The notes: a model not told the origin generated them from the sequence alone. DNA of 24,000 nt from Caldanaerobacter subterraneus (GCF_004345675.1 NZ_SLWU01000018.1:28345-52344), one strand, 5' to 3'; positions 1-8,865 are shown, counted from the first letter of the stretch. Translations and numbers: made by a program.

Positions 1-402
1 GATTTGATAGCTATTTTGGGGGATAAGCATGGCAAGAGGATAGACACAATGGTGAGGGATGTCATTTATAACAGCATGGGGAAACCAGAGGTTTCCATGA
101 GCAAGGAGATATATGAGGCGACATATCAGTTAAGGGCTTTTCTGTTCGAAAAGGTATATATTGGCTCGAAAGCCAAAAGAGATGAAGAAAAAGCCAAAAG
201 AGTTGTTGAGCAGCTTTTTTATTATTTCTATGACAATGTAGATAAAATGCCTAAAGAGTTTGTAAGACTTGCCGAAATTTATGGAAGAGAGAGGGCTGTA
301 GCTGACTATATTGCGGGAATGACAGATAAATACGCTCTTTTAAAGTACAAGGAAATTTTTCTGCCTAGCCCGTGGTTTGAGCAAAATATTTTTGACTTAT
401 AA
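1..402 (+). CDS. dgt: dGTP triphosphohydrolase-like HD-domain protein, C-terminal part (5' end outside window)
   Basis: The open frame enters from the left edge and stops at TAA 400-402. The C-terminal motif RAVADYIAGMTDKYALLKY is typical of the dGTPase family. The position directly upstream of dnaG fits. Confidence 0.7.
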   Translation, partial: DLIAILGDKHGKRIDTMVRDVIYNSMGKPEVSMSKEIYEATYQLRAFLFEKVYIGSKAKRDEEKAKRVVEQLFYYFYDNVDKMPKEFVRLAEIYGRERAVADYIAGMTDKYALLKYKEIFLPSPWFEQNIFDL

Positions 403-498
403 AAGAAGGATTTTTTAATTTTTTGTCGAATATATATTGGACGTCATAAAAAGAGGAATTTAACAATTTCTGTCGAATAGAATAATTAGGTGATATTG

Positions 499-2301
499 AT
501 GGCTTATACGAGAGAGTCCATTGAAAAGGTGATAGAGGCCAATGACATTGTAGATGTGATTTCTGACTATGTAGAGCTCAAAAGAGCTGGAAAGGAATTT
601 CGGGGACTCTGCCCTTTTCACAGGGAGAAGACGCCATCTTTTATGGTAAGCCCTACTAAACAGGTATACCATTGTTTTGGTTGCAATGCCAGTGGCAATG
701 TAGTGACCTTTATAATGGATATTGAAAATTTAAGCTTTAAAGAGGCTATTGAATTTTTGGCTGAAAGAGCAGGGATTCCTCTAGAAGAAGTAGATTTAAG
801 TGAAGAAGAGGCCAAGAGGAAGAAGATAATTGAGGAAATATACAGAGTAAATAAAATAGCTGCTTTGTTTTTTCATCGGAAACTCTTTTCAGAAGAAGGA
901 GTCAAAGCTTTAGAATACTTAAAGAGTAGAGGACTTAGCAGCACTACAATAAAAAAATTTGGCATAGGGTATGCTCCCTCAAATGATGACCTCCTTAATT
1001 TCTTAAAAGGAAAAGGATATAAAGAAAATTTTTTAAGCAAAGCAGGACTTGTGGTTTATAAAAGTGGCAAATACTATGACAGGTTTAAAGATAGGGTCAT
1101 GTTTCCTATCATCGATGTAAGGGGCAATGTAGTAGGATTTGGGGGACGAGCCCTGGATGATTCTTTGCCTAAATATCTTAATACACCTGAGACTGAAATC
1201 TTTAAAAAAGGCAAGACTCTTTTTGCTATAAACTTTGCGAAAAAAACCCAAGATGACAAGTTTATAATAGTGGAAGGATATATGGATGCAATTTCTCTGC
1301 ATCAGGCAGGTATTGACTGTGCTGTTGCGTCTTTGGGGACCGCTTTGACTGAAGATCAGGCAAGGCTTATAAAAAGATACAAGAAAAATGTCGTGATTGC
1401 TTATGATGCTGATGAAGCTGGGGTTAATGCTACGTTGAGGGGACTTGACATTCTAGAAAAATTGAATATAAATATAAAAGTGCTGAGCATACCTGAAGGG
1501 AAAGACCCTGACGAATTTATTAAAAAAGAAGGAAGTGAAGCCTTTAAAAGGCTTGTTGAAAATGCTGAAAGTTTGATAGAGTTTAAGTCGAAAATTTTCA
1601 AAAAAGGTCTTGACTTTGAAAAAGTTGAAGATAGAATAATATATGTTAAAAAAATTGCAAGTGAAATAGCAAAAATTTCTGACGAAGTGAAAAGAGAAGT
1701 TTATATTTCAGCTGCTGCTAAAACTGCTCAAATACCTGAAAATGCTGTTAGAACAGAGGTTGACCGATTTGTCAAGAGGGAAACCGAAAAAAAACAAAAA
1801 TTTATGTATAGGACTGGCAATATAAGGCATAATATATACAGTAGCAGTAAAATATCACCAGAAAAGTACTTAATTGCATTGCTTTTACACGATAATAATT
1901 TGTATCACAAGATAAAAGGTGTAATTAAACCGGATATGTTGGAGGACTCCAAGTTAAAACCTATCTTTGAGGAAATAGTATCGAGTTTAGAGGGAGGAAA
2001 ACAGGTTCAAATAAAAGATATAGTATACCTTATTCAGGAGGAAGATAACTTAATTTCAGATTTTAACGATATAGTAAAAGCCCTTTTTGAAGCGGAGGAC
2101 CTTTCGCAAATGGTGGATGACATCCTGCAGAAGATTTTGCTAAATAATCTTGCAAGAAAGAGAGAAGAGATAAGAAAAGAGATATTAAATGCTCATCTTC
2201 TGGGGGATGTAGAAAAAGAGAGAGAGCTTCTTATTAAACTTCAAAATTGTGAAAAGGAGATGCTTAAGATAAAAGATGGGCAGAAAGAGAGAAACCCATA
2301 G
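499..2301 (+). CDS. dnaG: DNA primase DnaG
   Basis: CHC2 zinc finger ([11 protein letters not shown]...YHCFGC) and TOPRIM motifs ([14 protein letters not shown]) are present, and the length is about 600 aa. The preferred start is ATG 499, behind AGGTGA at 488-493. The ORF-track start GTG 490 lies inside that SD. Confidence 0.95.
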   Translation: MAYTRESIEKVIEANDIVDVISDYVELKRAGKEFRGLCPFHREKTPSFMVSPTKQVYHCFGCNASGNVVTFIMDIENLSFKEAIEFLAERAGIPLEEVDLSEEEAKRKKIIEEIYRVNKIAALFFHRKLFSEEGVKALEYLKSRGLSSTTIKKFGIGYAPSNDDLLNFLKGKGYKENFLSKAGLVVYKSGKYYDRFKDRVMFPIIDVRGNVVGFGGRALDDSLPKYLNTPETEIFKKGKTLFAINFAKKTQDDKFIIVEGYMDAISLHQAGIDCAVASLGTALTEDQARLIKRYKKNVVIAYDADEAGVNATLRGLDILEKLNINIKVLSIPEGKDPDEFIKKEGSEAFKRLVENAESLIEFKSKIFKKGLDFEKVEDRIIYVKKIASEIAKISDEVKREVYISAAAKTAQIPENAVRTEVDRFVKRETEKKQKFMYRTGNIRHNIYSSSKISPEKYLIALLLHDNNLYHKIKGVIKPDMLEDSKLKPIFEEIVSSLEGGKQVQIKDIVYLIQEEDNLISDFNDIVKALFEAEDLSQMVDDILQKILLNNLARKREEIRKEILNAHLLGDVEKERELLIKLQNCEKEMLKIKDGQKERNP

Positions 2302-2314
2302 GGAGGGGAAATCT

Positions 2315-3394
2315 ATGAGTAACAATGAAGAATTAGCAAGAGAAGCCATTAATGAACTTATAAATAAAGGGAAAAAAACCGGAATGCTCACTTACAATGA
2401 AATAATGGACTCCCTTGAGGATATAGATTTAAATCCTGACCAAATCGAAAAAGTATATGACACTTTTGAAGATATGGGAATAGAAATAGTAGGAGATGAA
2501 CCCCGACAGGAAGAAATATCAGAAGAGGACCTCAATTTGGACGACCTCTCTCTTCCTGAGGGAGTCAGCATAGATGACCCTGTGAGGATGTACCTCAAAG
2601 AAATCGGCAAGATACCTCTACTCACTCCAGAAGAAGAAATTGAATTGGCAAAAAGAATAGAGCAGGGAGATGAAGAAGCGAAAAAGCGCCTGATAGAAGC
2701 TAATTTGAGGTTGGTGGTAAGCATTGCAAAAAGGTACGTAGGGCGTGGCATGCTCTTTTTAGACTTGATACAAGAGGGTAATCTCGGGCTTTTGAAGGCC
2801 GTAGAAAAATTTGACTACAGAAAAGGGTATAAATTCAGCACCTATGCTACATGGTGGATCAGACAGGCTATAACTAGAGCTATAGCTGATCAAGCTAGGA
2901 CGATAAGAATTCCTGTGCACATGGTAGAAACTATAAACAAATTGATAAGGGTGCAAAGGCAATTGCTCCAGGAATTAGGCCGTGAACCTACCCCTGAAGA
3001 ATTGGCAAAAGAAATGGGAATGCCTGAAGAAAAAGTCAGAGAAATTCTCAAAATAGCTCAAGAACCAGTTTCTCTTGAGACTCCTATAGGTGAAGAGGAA
3101 GACAGTCACTTGGGAGATTTCATACCTGATGAAGATGCTCCGGCTCCTGCAGAAGCTGCAGCTTACACCATGCTGAAAGAGCAACTCATGGATGTTTTAG
3201 ATACGCTGACTCCTAGGGAGGAGAAGGTATTGCGGTTAAGGTTTGGACTTGACGATGGACGAGCTAGAACTCTTGAAGAAGTTGGCAAAGAATTTAACGT
3301 CACAAGAGAGAGAATAAGGCAGATTGAAGCAAAAGCTTTGAGAAAATTGAGGCATCCTTCAAGGTCCAAAAAATTAAAAGATTTTCTCGATTGA
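2315..3394 (+). CDS. sigA: primary RNA polymerase sigma factor (sigma-70/SigA)
   Basis: Region 2 ([27 protein letters not shown]) and region 4.2 ([30 protein letters not shown]) are recognisable. Start ATG 2315 follows GGGAGGGG at 2301-2308. dnaG-sigA synteny supports the call. Confidence 0.95.
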   Translation: MSNNEELAREAINELINKGKKTGMLTYNEIMDSLEDIDLNPDQIEKVYDTFEDMGIEIVGDEPRQEEISEEDLNLDDLSLPEGVSIDDPVRMYLKEIGKIPLLTPEEEIELAKRIEQGDEEAKKRLIEANLRLVVSIAKRYVGRGMLFLDLIQEGNLGLLKAVEKFDYRKGYKFSTYATWWIRQAITRAIADQARTIRIPVHMVETINKLIRVQRQLLQELGREPTPEELAKEMGMPEEKVREILKIAQEPVSLETPIGEEEDSHLGDFIPDEDAPAPAEAAAYTMLKEQLMDVLDTLTPREEKVLRLRFGLDDGRARTLEEVGKEFNVTRERIRQIEAKALRKLRHPSRSKKLKDFLD

Positions 3395-3404
3395 TGATGG
3401 CTTC

Positions 3405-3432
3405 TTGACAATCTCGCAAAAATCATTATAAT
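3405..3432 (+). promoter_or_regulatory. sigma-A type promoter for the tRNA-Asn/tRNA(CAU) pair
   Basis: -35 TTGACA at 3405-3410, a 16-bp spacer, and -10 TATAAT at 3427-3432, about 15 nt upstream of the tRNA. Confidence 0.7.
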
Positions 3433-3446
3433 TAATATTAGCGTAT

Positions 3447-3521
3447 TCCTCAGTAGCTCAAGGGTAGAGCAGCCGGCTGTTAACCGGCAGGTTGTAGGTT
3501 CGAATCCTACCTGAGGAGCCA
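3447..3521 (+). tRNA. tRNA-Asn (anticodon GTT), CCA encoded
   Basis: Cloverleaf read by hand. Acceptor TCCTCAG/CTGAGGA, anticodon arm GCCGG-CTGTTAA-CCGGC, T-loop GGTTCGAATCC. Confidence 0.93.
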
Positions 3522-3527
3522 CTTTTT

Positions 3528-3603
3528 GGGCCTTTAGCTCAGCTGGCAGAGCGGTCGGCTCATAACCGATTGGTCCGGGGTTCGAATCCCTGAAGGCCCA
3601 CCA
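3528..3603 (+). tRNA. tRNA with anticodon CAT (Met by sequence; probably the lysidine-modified tRNA-Ile2)
   Basis: Acceptor GGGCCTT/AAGGCCC and anticodon loop CTCATAA. It lacks initiator features (no 1:72 mismatch, no GGG/CCC anticodon stem). The variable loop TTGGTC and overall sequence resemble known tRNA-Ile2(CAU) genes from memory. Confidence 0.85.
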
Positions 3604-3617
3604 TCTCGATAAAAAAA

Positions 3618-3650
3618 GCATTTGAGGTTGTCAAATGCTTTTTATTTTTT
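3618..3650 (+). terminator. rho-independent terminator after the tRNA pair
   Basis: Stem GCATTTGA (3618-3625) / TCAAATGC (3631-3638), loop GGTTG, then TTTTTATTTTTTT. An A-run upstream makes it potentially bidirectional. Confidence 0.8.
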
Positions 3651-3666
3651 TGTTTTGGAGGATTGT

Positions 3667-4371
3667 ATGAGACTTCCAGAGCGTCTAAAAGCTATCACTA
3701 AATACATTCCGCCAGAGGTAAGAGTAGCTGATATTGGCACTGACCATGGGTTTATACCCATTTATCTTGTTGAGAATAAAATTGCTAAATACGTTATAGC
3801 AACTGATTTAAATTGCGGTTCCCTTCAGAAGGCGATTGACAATATAAAAAATAAAAACTTAGAGATGTTTATAGAGACCAGATTAGGGGACGGATTAAAG
3901 GTGCTCACACCTGGAGAGGTGGAAGTTGCGATTATTGCAGGTATGGGTGGGCTTTTGATAATAAAAATCCTCACAGAAGGGAAAGAGATAGCACAAACTA
4001 TAAAAAAATTCATTTTTCAGCCAATGAGGGATGCTGATAAATTAAGGAGATATCTAGTTCAGAACGGCTATAAAATTTCTGAGGAAGATTTAGTAAAAGA
4101 AAGAGGCAAGTTTTATGAGATTATAATAGCAGAACATGGTAGACAAAAGATTGAAAATGACGTATATTACGAAATAGGGCCAAAACTCGTAGAAAAAAAT
4201 CATCCCCTTCTTAAAGAGTTTTTGCTTTACAAGATACAAAAAATTCGAAGGATTTTGAATAAAATTCCACCTGGAGATCCAAAGAGAAAAGGCTTAGAAG
4301 AGAAAATAAAAAAGCTTGAGGTGTTGGGCGATGGCAGTGAAATGCCAAACAATAGTTTCTATAATGGATAG
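3667..4371 (+). CDS. trmK: tRNA (adenine22-N1)-methyltransferase TrmK (YqfN family)
   Basis: The N-terminus MRLPERLKAITKYIPPEVRVADIGTDHGFIPIYL is the TrmK family signature, and the length is about 234 aa. Start ATG 3667 follows GGAGG at 3656-3660. It lies upstream of a NIF3 gene, as in Bacillus (yqfN-yqfO). Confidence 0.85.
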   Translation: MRLPERLKAITKYIPPEVRVADIGTDHGFIPIYLVENKIAKYVIATDLNCGSLQKAIDNIKNKNLEMFIETRLGDGLKVLTPGEVEVAIIAGMGGLLIIKILTEGKEIAQTIKKFIFQPMRDADKLRRYLVQNGYKISEEDLVKERGKFYEIIIAEHGRQKIENDVYYEIGPKLVEKNHPLLKEFLLYKIQKIRRILNKIPPGDPKRKGLEEKIKKLEVLGDGSEMPNNSFYNG

Positions 4372-5446
4372 GCTTGCGCCGCGCAAATTTGCCCAGGATT
4401 GGGACAATGTGGGGTTAATTGTAGGAGACCCTTTACAGGATGTTTCGAAGATACTAGTAGCACTTGATGCCACTCATGAAGTTGTTGAAGAAGCTATAGA
4501 GAAAAAAGTAGATATGATTGTGACTCATCATCCGCTGATTTTTAAGTCTATAAAATCTGTCAGATCCGATACGCCAGTCGGCATGCTTGTCATGAAACTT
4601 ATCAAACATGAGATTTCCCTTTATGCAGCTCATACTTCTTTTGATATAGCACCAAATGGCATGAATGACATCTTGTGCAATATATTGGGGATTTACGAAA
4701 GAGAAGTTCTAGATGTCACATATTCAGAAGATTATAAAAAAGTCGTTGTGTACGTGCCCAAGGGATATGAAGATGTAGTGCGGAATGCCATGTGCAGCGC
4801 AGGAGCAGGTTTTATAGGAAATTACAGCGATTCCACTTTTCAGGTAGAAGGCACAGGCACTTTCAAACCTATGGAGGGAGCCGACCCATTTATTGGGGAA
4901 GTAGGGAAGTTAGAAAAGGTAGAAGAAATAAGACTGGAAACAGTAGTTCCACAAAAATATTTGGATAAAGTGATAAACGCCATGCTAAGAGTCCATCCCT
5001 ATGAAGAAGTTGCTTATGACGTTTATTCACTGGCAAATCTCAGGGAAGAGTACGGACTTGGAAGAATAGGAGTCATTGAAGAGACGACTTTGAAAGAATT
5101 AGCCTTAAAGGTCAAAGCAAAGCTTAAAGCTGAATCTCTCAAGGTGGTTGGCGATTTAGAAAGAAGAGTTAAAAAAGTTGCTGTATGCGGTGGAAGTGGT
5201 GCAAGCCTAATTCATAAGGCTGTTATGAAAGGAGCGGATGTTTTAATAACTGCCGATATAGGCTATCACGATGCGGTAGAAGCCCAGCACCTCGGTTTAG
5301 CTTTGATTGATGCTGGCCATTTTGCCACAGAAAACATAGCAGTGAGGTTTATCGCAGAATACTTGATTGATGAAACTCAAAAACAAGGGCATGAAATAGA
5401 GGTCTTTGTAAGTGAAGTTCAAAAAGACCCTTTTACATGCCTTTAA
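4331..5446 (+). CDS. NIF3-family protein (GTP cyclohydrolase 1 type 2 homologue, YqfO-like)
   Basis: NIF3 motifs are present (AQDWDNVGLIVGD, VTHHPLIF, DAGHFATE) with an inserted PII-like middle domain, about 371 aa. Start ATG 4331 follows GAGGTG at 4318-4323 and overlaps the end of trmK by 41 nt. Confidence 0.88.
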   Translation: MAVKCQTIVSIMDRLAPRKFAQDWDNVGLIVGDPLQDVSKILVALDATHEVVEEAIEKKVDMIVTHHPLIFKSIKSVRSDTPVGMLVMKLIKHEISLYAAHTSFDIAPNGMNDILCNILGIYEREVLDVTYSEDYKKVVVYVPKGYEDVVRNAMCSAGAGFIGNYSDSTFQVEGTGTFKPMEGADPFIGEVGKLEKVEEIRLETVVPQKYLDKVINAMLRVHPYEEVAYDVYSLANLREEYGLGRIGVIEETTLKELALKVKAKLKAESLKVVGDLERRVKKVAVCGGSGASLIHKAVMKGADVLITADIGYHDAVEAQHLGLALIDAGHFATENIAVRFIAEYLIDETQKQGHEIEVFVSEVQKDPFTCL

Positions 5447-5453
5447 GTAAGGC

Positions 5454-5482
5454 TTGACAATAGCAAAAGCCTGTGGTAATAT
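5454..5482 (+). promoter_or_regulatory. sigma-A type promoter for rnpB
   Basis: -35 TTGACA at 5454-5459, a 17-bp spacer, and extended -10 TGgTAATAT at 5474-5482. Confidence 0.7.
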
Positions 5483-5514
5483 ATCATTGTCTGATATAAA
5501 AAATGATATACAAT

Positions 5515-5875
5515 GCATGTGAGTAAGTCGGATGGCCGCGGGCGAGGCATTTGCCTCGCACGAGGAAAGTCCGAGCTCCACAGGGCAGGGTGCCGGGTAA
5601 CACCCGGTGGAGGCGACTCCAAGGAAAGTGCCACAGAAATGTAGACCGCCTGACGCTTTCAAAGGCGTCGGGTAAGGGTGCAACGGTGCGGTAAGAGCGC
5701 ACCAGCAGCCGGGCGACCGGCTGGCTAGGTAAACCCCACCCGGAGCAAGGCAAATAGGAGGGAGTAGGTGGCCCGCCATTTCCCTCGGGTTAAGCCGCTA
5801 GAGGTATCAGGCAACTGATACCCTAGATAGATGGCCATCTAAAACAGAACTCGGCTTACGGACTTGCTCACATGC
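5515..5875 (+). ncRNA. rnpB: RNase P RNA (bacterial type A-like)
   Basis: Universal motifs GAGGAAAGTCCGAGCTCCA (5563-5581) and ACAGAACTCGGCTTA (5844-5858) are present. The P1 helix pairs GCATGTGAGTAAGTC (5515-) with GACTTGCTCACATGC (-5875). This is a GC-rich island in AT-rich DNA. Confidence 0.93.
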
Positions 5876-5890
5876 TGAAAAATTCTGCTT

Positions 5891-5912
5891 TCCCGGGGAC
5901 GGGATTTTTTAT
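5891..5912 (+). terminator. rho-independent terminator after rnpB
   Basis: Stem TCCCG/CGGGA with loop GGGA, followed by TTTTTTATTT. Confidence 0.7.
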
Positions 5913-5985
5913 TTGCCACTATTTTGCCAGCACAAAAATTGTGAATAGTTTGTTAAAGGGGTTTTTGTCGTTTTTTACTTTTTGT

Positions 5986-6014
5986 TTGATTTAAAAACGT
6001 TTTTTTGTTAATAT
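5986..6014 (+). promoter_or_regulatory. candidate promoter for deoD
   Basis: -35 TTGATT at 5986-5991, a 17-bp spacer, and extended -10 TGtTAATAT at 6006-6014. Confidence 0.5.
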
Positions 6015-6049
6015 TATATTTAGCGAAACTCATAGAGAGGAGGAAATAC

Positions 6050-6748
6050 ATGAGCATACATATTGGAGCAAAAGAAGGAGACATTGCCGAAACAGTACTG
6101 CTTCCGGGAGACCCATTGAGGGCTAAATATATAGCAGAAAATTTACTGGAAGATGCAAAGTGCTACAATGAAGTCAGAGGTATGTACGGCTTCACCGGAT
6201 ATTACAAGGGGAAAAGAGTGTCAGTGCAAGGAACAGGAATGGGGGTGCCTTCTATATCCATTTATGTGAATGAACTTATAACAAGTTACGGCGTGAAAAA
6301 CTTGATAAGAATAGGTACATGCGGTTCATTACAGCCAGACATAAAGATAAGAGATATTGTGATTGCTATGAGCGCCTCAACTGACTCTGCTATAAATAAA
6401 ATACGTTTTAATGGAATGGATTACGCTCCTACGGCAAGTTTTAAGCTTTTGAAAAAAGCCTATGACAAGGCTGTTGAAATGGGGATAGAGCCAAAAGTTG
6501 GAAATATACTTACTACAGATACTTTCTACCATGACGACCCAGAGAGCTGGAGGCTTTGGGCAAAATTTGGAGTGTTGGCTGTAGAAATGGAGACAGCGGG
6601 GCTTTACACTTTGGCTGCCAAGTATGGGGTTGATGCTCTTACTATACTTACTGTAAGCGACAGTTTGGTTACAGGTGAAGCGACCTCAGCTGAGGAGAGG
6701 CAGAAAACTTTCATGGACATGGTTAAGATTGCTCTGGAGATTGCATAG
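6050..6748 (+). CDS. deoD: purine nucleoside phosphorylase, DeoD type
   Basis: [30 protein letters not shown]...[15 protein letters not shown]...VEMETAGLY is a DeoD-family sequence of about 232 aa. Start ATG 6050 follows GAGAGGAGG at 6035-6043. Confidence 0.93.
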   Translation: MSIHIGAKEGDIAETVLLPGDPLRAKYIAENLLEDAKCYNEVRGMYGFTGYYKGKRVSVQGTGMGVPSISIYVNELITSYGVKNLIRIGTCGSLQPDIKIRDIVIAMSASTDSAINKIRFNGMDYAPTASFKLLKKAYDKAVEMGIEPKVGNILTTDTFYHDDPESWRLWAKFGVLAVEMETAGLYTLAAKYGVDALTILTVSDSLVTGEATSAEERQKTFMDMVKIALEIA

Positions 6749-6778
6749 TAAAGTGGCATTTGAAAATGCCACTTTACT
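6747..6778. repeat. perfect palindrome (15-bp arms, 2-nt centre) overlapping the deoD stop codon
   Basis: AGTAAAGTGGCATTT-GA-AAATGCCACTTTACT. It would form a long hairpin, but the sequence after it (ATTATCTATTT) is only a weak U-tract, so terminator function is uncertain. Confidence 0.75.
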
Positions 6779-6807
6779 ATTATCTATTTAGAAAGGAGAG
6801 ATATTTT

Positions 6808-7767
6808 ATGGAACCTCTTAAGTTTAAGCCAATATTTATGGAGAGAATATGGGGAGGAACTGCTTTAAAAGAGAGGTTTGGGTTTGATATTCCTGAAGGC
6901 AAAAAAATAGGGGAACTCTGGACAGTGTCTGACAATAGGACGGCAGTTAGTGTAATTGATGGAGGAGAATTTGACGGGAAAAAGATAAGCGATGTGGCGT
7001 TGGAATTTGCTGAAAGTCTCTATGGGAAGGGGAAAAAATACGAAAGGTTTCCTCTCCTCATAAAAATCATAGATGCGCAGGATAAACTCTCAGTTCAAGT
7101 TCACCCTGATGACGAATACGCCTACAAGTACGAAAATGGTGATTCGGGTAAGACAGAGATGTGGTACATAATAGATGCTAGGCCGGGTGCCAAATTGGTC
7201 TGTGGTCTAAAAGAAGGTACCACAAGAGAAGAATTTATAAAACTTTTAGAAGAGGAAAGACTAGAAGAATGTCTAAAAGAAGTAGAAGTCAAGGCGGGAG
7301 ATGTTGTCTACATTCCTGCTGGGATGGTACATGCGATAGGCGAAGGCATTTTGATATGCGAAATTCAGCAGAATTCCGATTTGACCTACAGGGTCTATGA
7401 CTACAACAGAGTGGACGAAAAAGGCAGAAAAAGAGAGCTCCATGTAGATAAAGCACTTGATGTAATAGATTTTGAACTCAAATCAGATAAGATAGTGCCT
7501 ATGTTTGAAGAAATAAAAGGAGGGCGTATTGCAAGAGCAGTTGAATCCCCATATTTTAACGTTGAGATAATTGAACTGGCTGAAAAAATGGAGTTTGAAA
7601 CTTATGACAGATTTGAAACTCTTACTTCTGTGGAAGGCATATTAGAGGTAGAGTGGGAAGAAGGGACAAAAGTAGTAAAGGCAGGAGAAACTATTGTCAT
7701 ACCCGCTTTTGTAGATAAATACAAAGTTAAAGGAAAAGCTAAATTTCTCAAAGCATATGTGCCGTGA
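6808..7767 (+). CDS. manA: mannose-6-phosphate isomerase, class I (Bacillus-type cupin PMI)
   Basis: KPIFMERIWGG, FPLLIKIIDAQDKLSVQVHPDD and GKTEMWYII motifs are present, about 319 aa. Start ATG 6808 follows AAAGGAGAG at 6792-6800. Confidence 0.88.
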   Translation: MEPLKFKPIFMERIWGGTALKERFGFDIPEGKKIGELWTVSDNRTAVSVIDGGEFDGKKISDVALEFAESLYGKGKKYERFPLLIKIIDAQDKLSVQVHPDDEYAYKYENGDSGKTEMWYIIDARPGAKLVCGLKEGTTREEFIKLLEEERLEECLKEVEVKAGDVVYIPAGMVHAIGEGILICEIQQNSDLTYRVYDYNRVDEKGRKRELHVDKALDVIDFELKSDKIVPMFEEIKGGRIARAVESPYFNVEIIELAEKMEFETYDRFETLTSVEGILEVEWEEGTKVVKAGETIVIPAFVDKYKVKGKAKFLKAYVP

Positions 7768-8488
7768 GTTTTATTAAAGTTTTGGCATTTTGAATTGCGC
7801 AGCCGTTGACGTCATTGTTGAAATACACGTAAATTTCATCGCAATTTTTTAAATATTCTTCTATGTCTTTTGCCAATTCCTCAAGTTCTTCTTCTGAATA
7901 GGAGGAACTGAACAAAGCTTCAGGCCCATGCATTCTAATGTAAGCAAAATCTGCTGTGACAACTTTTGCCTTAGGATACCGGGAGGAATCTGCTATTACC
8001 CAGGCGACTTTCAATTTCCTCATAAGGTCATAGACTTCTTCATCAAGCCAGCTTTTATGCCTGAATTCCAAGGCAAATTTGTAGTTTTCTTTCCCTCTTA
8101 AAAAGTTTATGATTTTTTCTACATTTTCTTGGTCTTTTTTAAAACTTGGAGGGAATTGCAGGAGAATAGGTCCTAACTTGTCCTTCAACAGGTCTATCCT
8201 TTTTTTGAAATTGTTCCACGCTTCTTCCACATCACAAAGTTTTTTTAAGTGAGTTATGTGGCGGGAGGCTTTTACAGAAAAGATGAAACCTTCAGGAGTA
8301 GAGGTATACCATTTCATCAAAGTTTTTTCTTGAGGTAAGTGGTAGAAAGAAGAATTTACTTCAGCGCTCAGAAAATGCTTTGAATAAAAGCTAAGCCTTT
8401 CTTCATAAGGAAGGTTAGAAGGATAAAAAATTTCTTTCCAGTGGGAGTATGCCCAACCGGATGTCCCTATGTAGAGCTTTTTCCCCAT
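7748..8488 (-). CDS. DUF72 (UPF0759, YecE-like) family protein
   Basis: The N-terminus MGKKLYIGTSGWAYSHWKEIFYP...FYSKHFLSAEVNSSFY is the DUF72 signature, 246 aa. An SD (AGGAGGAAAAAAG on the minus strand) precedes the ATG. Confidence 0.85.
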   Translation of the reverse strand: MGKKLYIGTSGWAYSHWKEIFYPSNLPYEERLSFYSKHFLSAEVNSSFYHLPQEKTLMKWYTSTPEGFIFSVKASRHITHLKKLCDVEEAWNNFKKRIDLLKDKLGPILLQFPPSFKKDQENVEKIINFLRGKENYKFALEFRHKSWLDEEVYDLMRKLKVAWVIADSSRYPKAKVVTADFAYIRMHGPEALFSSSYSEEELEELAKDIEEYLKNCDEIYVYFNNDVNGCAIQNAKTLIKLTAHML

Positions 8489-8576
8489 CTTTTTTCCTCC
8501 TTTCAGAATGTGTTGCTTTTAAGAGTATGATACAACACAAAAAATCTATATGACAATAGTTTTGTCAATTAGGGAG

Positions 8577-8605
8577 TTGCATATCTTAAGAGATTGTATT
8601 ATAAT
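8577..8605 (+). promoter_or_regulatory. promoter for tRNA-Val(GAC)
   Basis: -35 TTGCAT at 8577-8582, a 17-bp spacer, and -10 TATAAT at 8600-8605. The same TTGCAT...ATTGTATTATAATAAA arrangement is found at 12772-12800. Confidence 0.7.
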
Positions 8606-8622
8606 AAAAACAGACAGATGAT

Positions 8623-8699
8623 GGGGTCATAGCTCAGCTGGTTAGAGCGCTACGTTGACATCGTAGAGGCCACAGGTTCAAGTCCTGTTGACCCCACCA
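8623..8699 (+). tRNA. tRNA-Val (anticodon GAC), CCA encoded
   Basis: Acceptor GGGGTCA/TGACCCC, anticodon arm CTACG-TTGACAT-CGTAG, T-loop GGTTCAAGTCC. Confidence 0.93.
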
Positions 8700-8719
8700 T
8701 ATGAAAATGAAGGCTTTCA

Positions 8720-8747
8720 GGGCTCACGAGAGCCCGTTTTTTTTTTT
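8720..8747 (+). terminator. rho-independent terminator after tRNA-Val(GAC)
   Basis: Stem GGGCTC/GAGCCC with loop ACGA, then a T11 run. Confidence 0.85.
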
Positions 8748-8865
8748 ACTTTTTTTGCTGTTTTGATGCCATTTTGGTGCCAGAATTTTTTCAGCTTTAT
8801 TCTGGTGACTTGGTTTTTTTCATGCTTAATTTATGGAATTATAAGGCAATAATTCCTGGAGCTGT

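Noticed and set aside
427-440. LexA (Cheo-box-like) site CGAATATATATTGG upstream of dnaG
   Set aside because: It matches the CGAAC-N4-GTTCG consensus at only about 11/14 positions, and the critical C/G of both half-sites are replaced. It is more likely plain AT-rich symmetry.
3163-3621. 152-aa minus-strand ORF spanning the end of sigA and both tRNA genes
   Set aside because: It runs antisense through tRNA-Asn and tRNA(CAU) and through the sigA 3' end. It has no SD. The open frame is explained by the GC-rich tRNA sequence.
5297-5779. Minus-strand ORFs of 160, 89 and 63 aa over 5297-5779
   Set aside because: They lie antisense to RNase P RNA and the NIF3 3' end. The Pro/Gly/Arg/Ala-rich translations are typical of GC-rich structural RNA read as protein.
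7748-7767. 20-bp convergent overlap of the manA and DUF72 3' ends, with no terminator between them
   Set aside because: Short convergent overlaps are common in compact genomes. Both proteins look full-length, so this is nothing anomalous.
8756-8782. Sigma-54 promoter reading of the minus strand (TGGCAC-N5-TGGCA) at this site and at 12945-12960 / 5914-5929
   Set aside because: The spacing of GG and GC fits. However, all three would fire antisense straight into a terminator and a stable-RNA gene with no downstream ORF, and the -12 box deviates from TTGC. I kept it only as an alternative note under the phased-motif finding.
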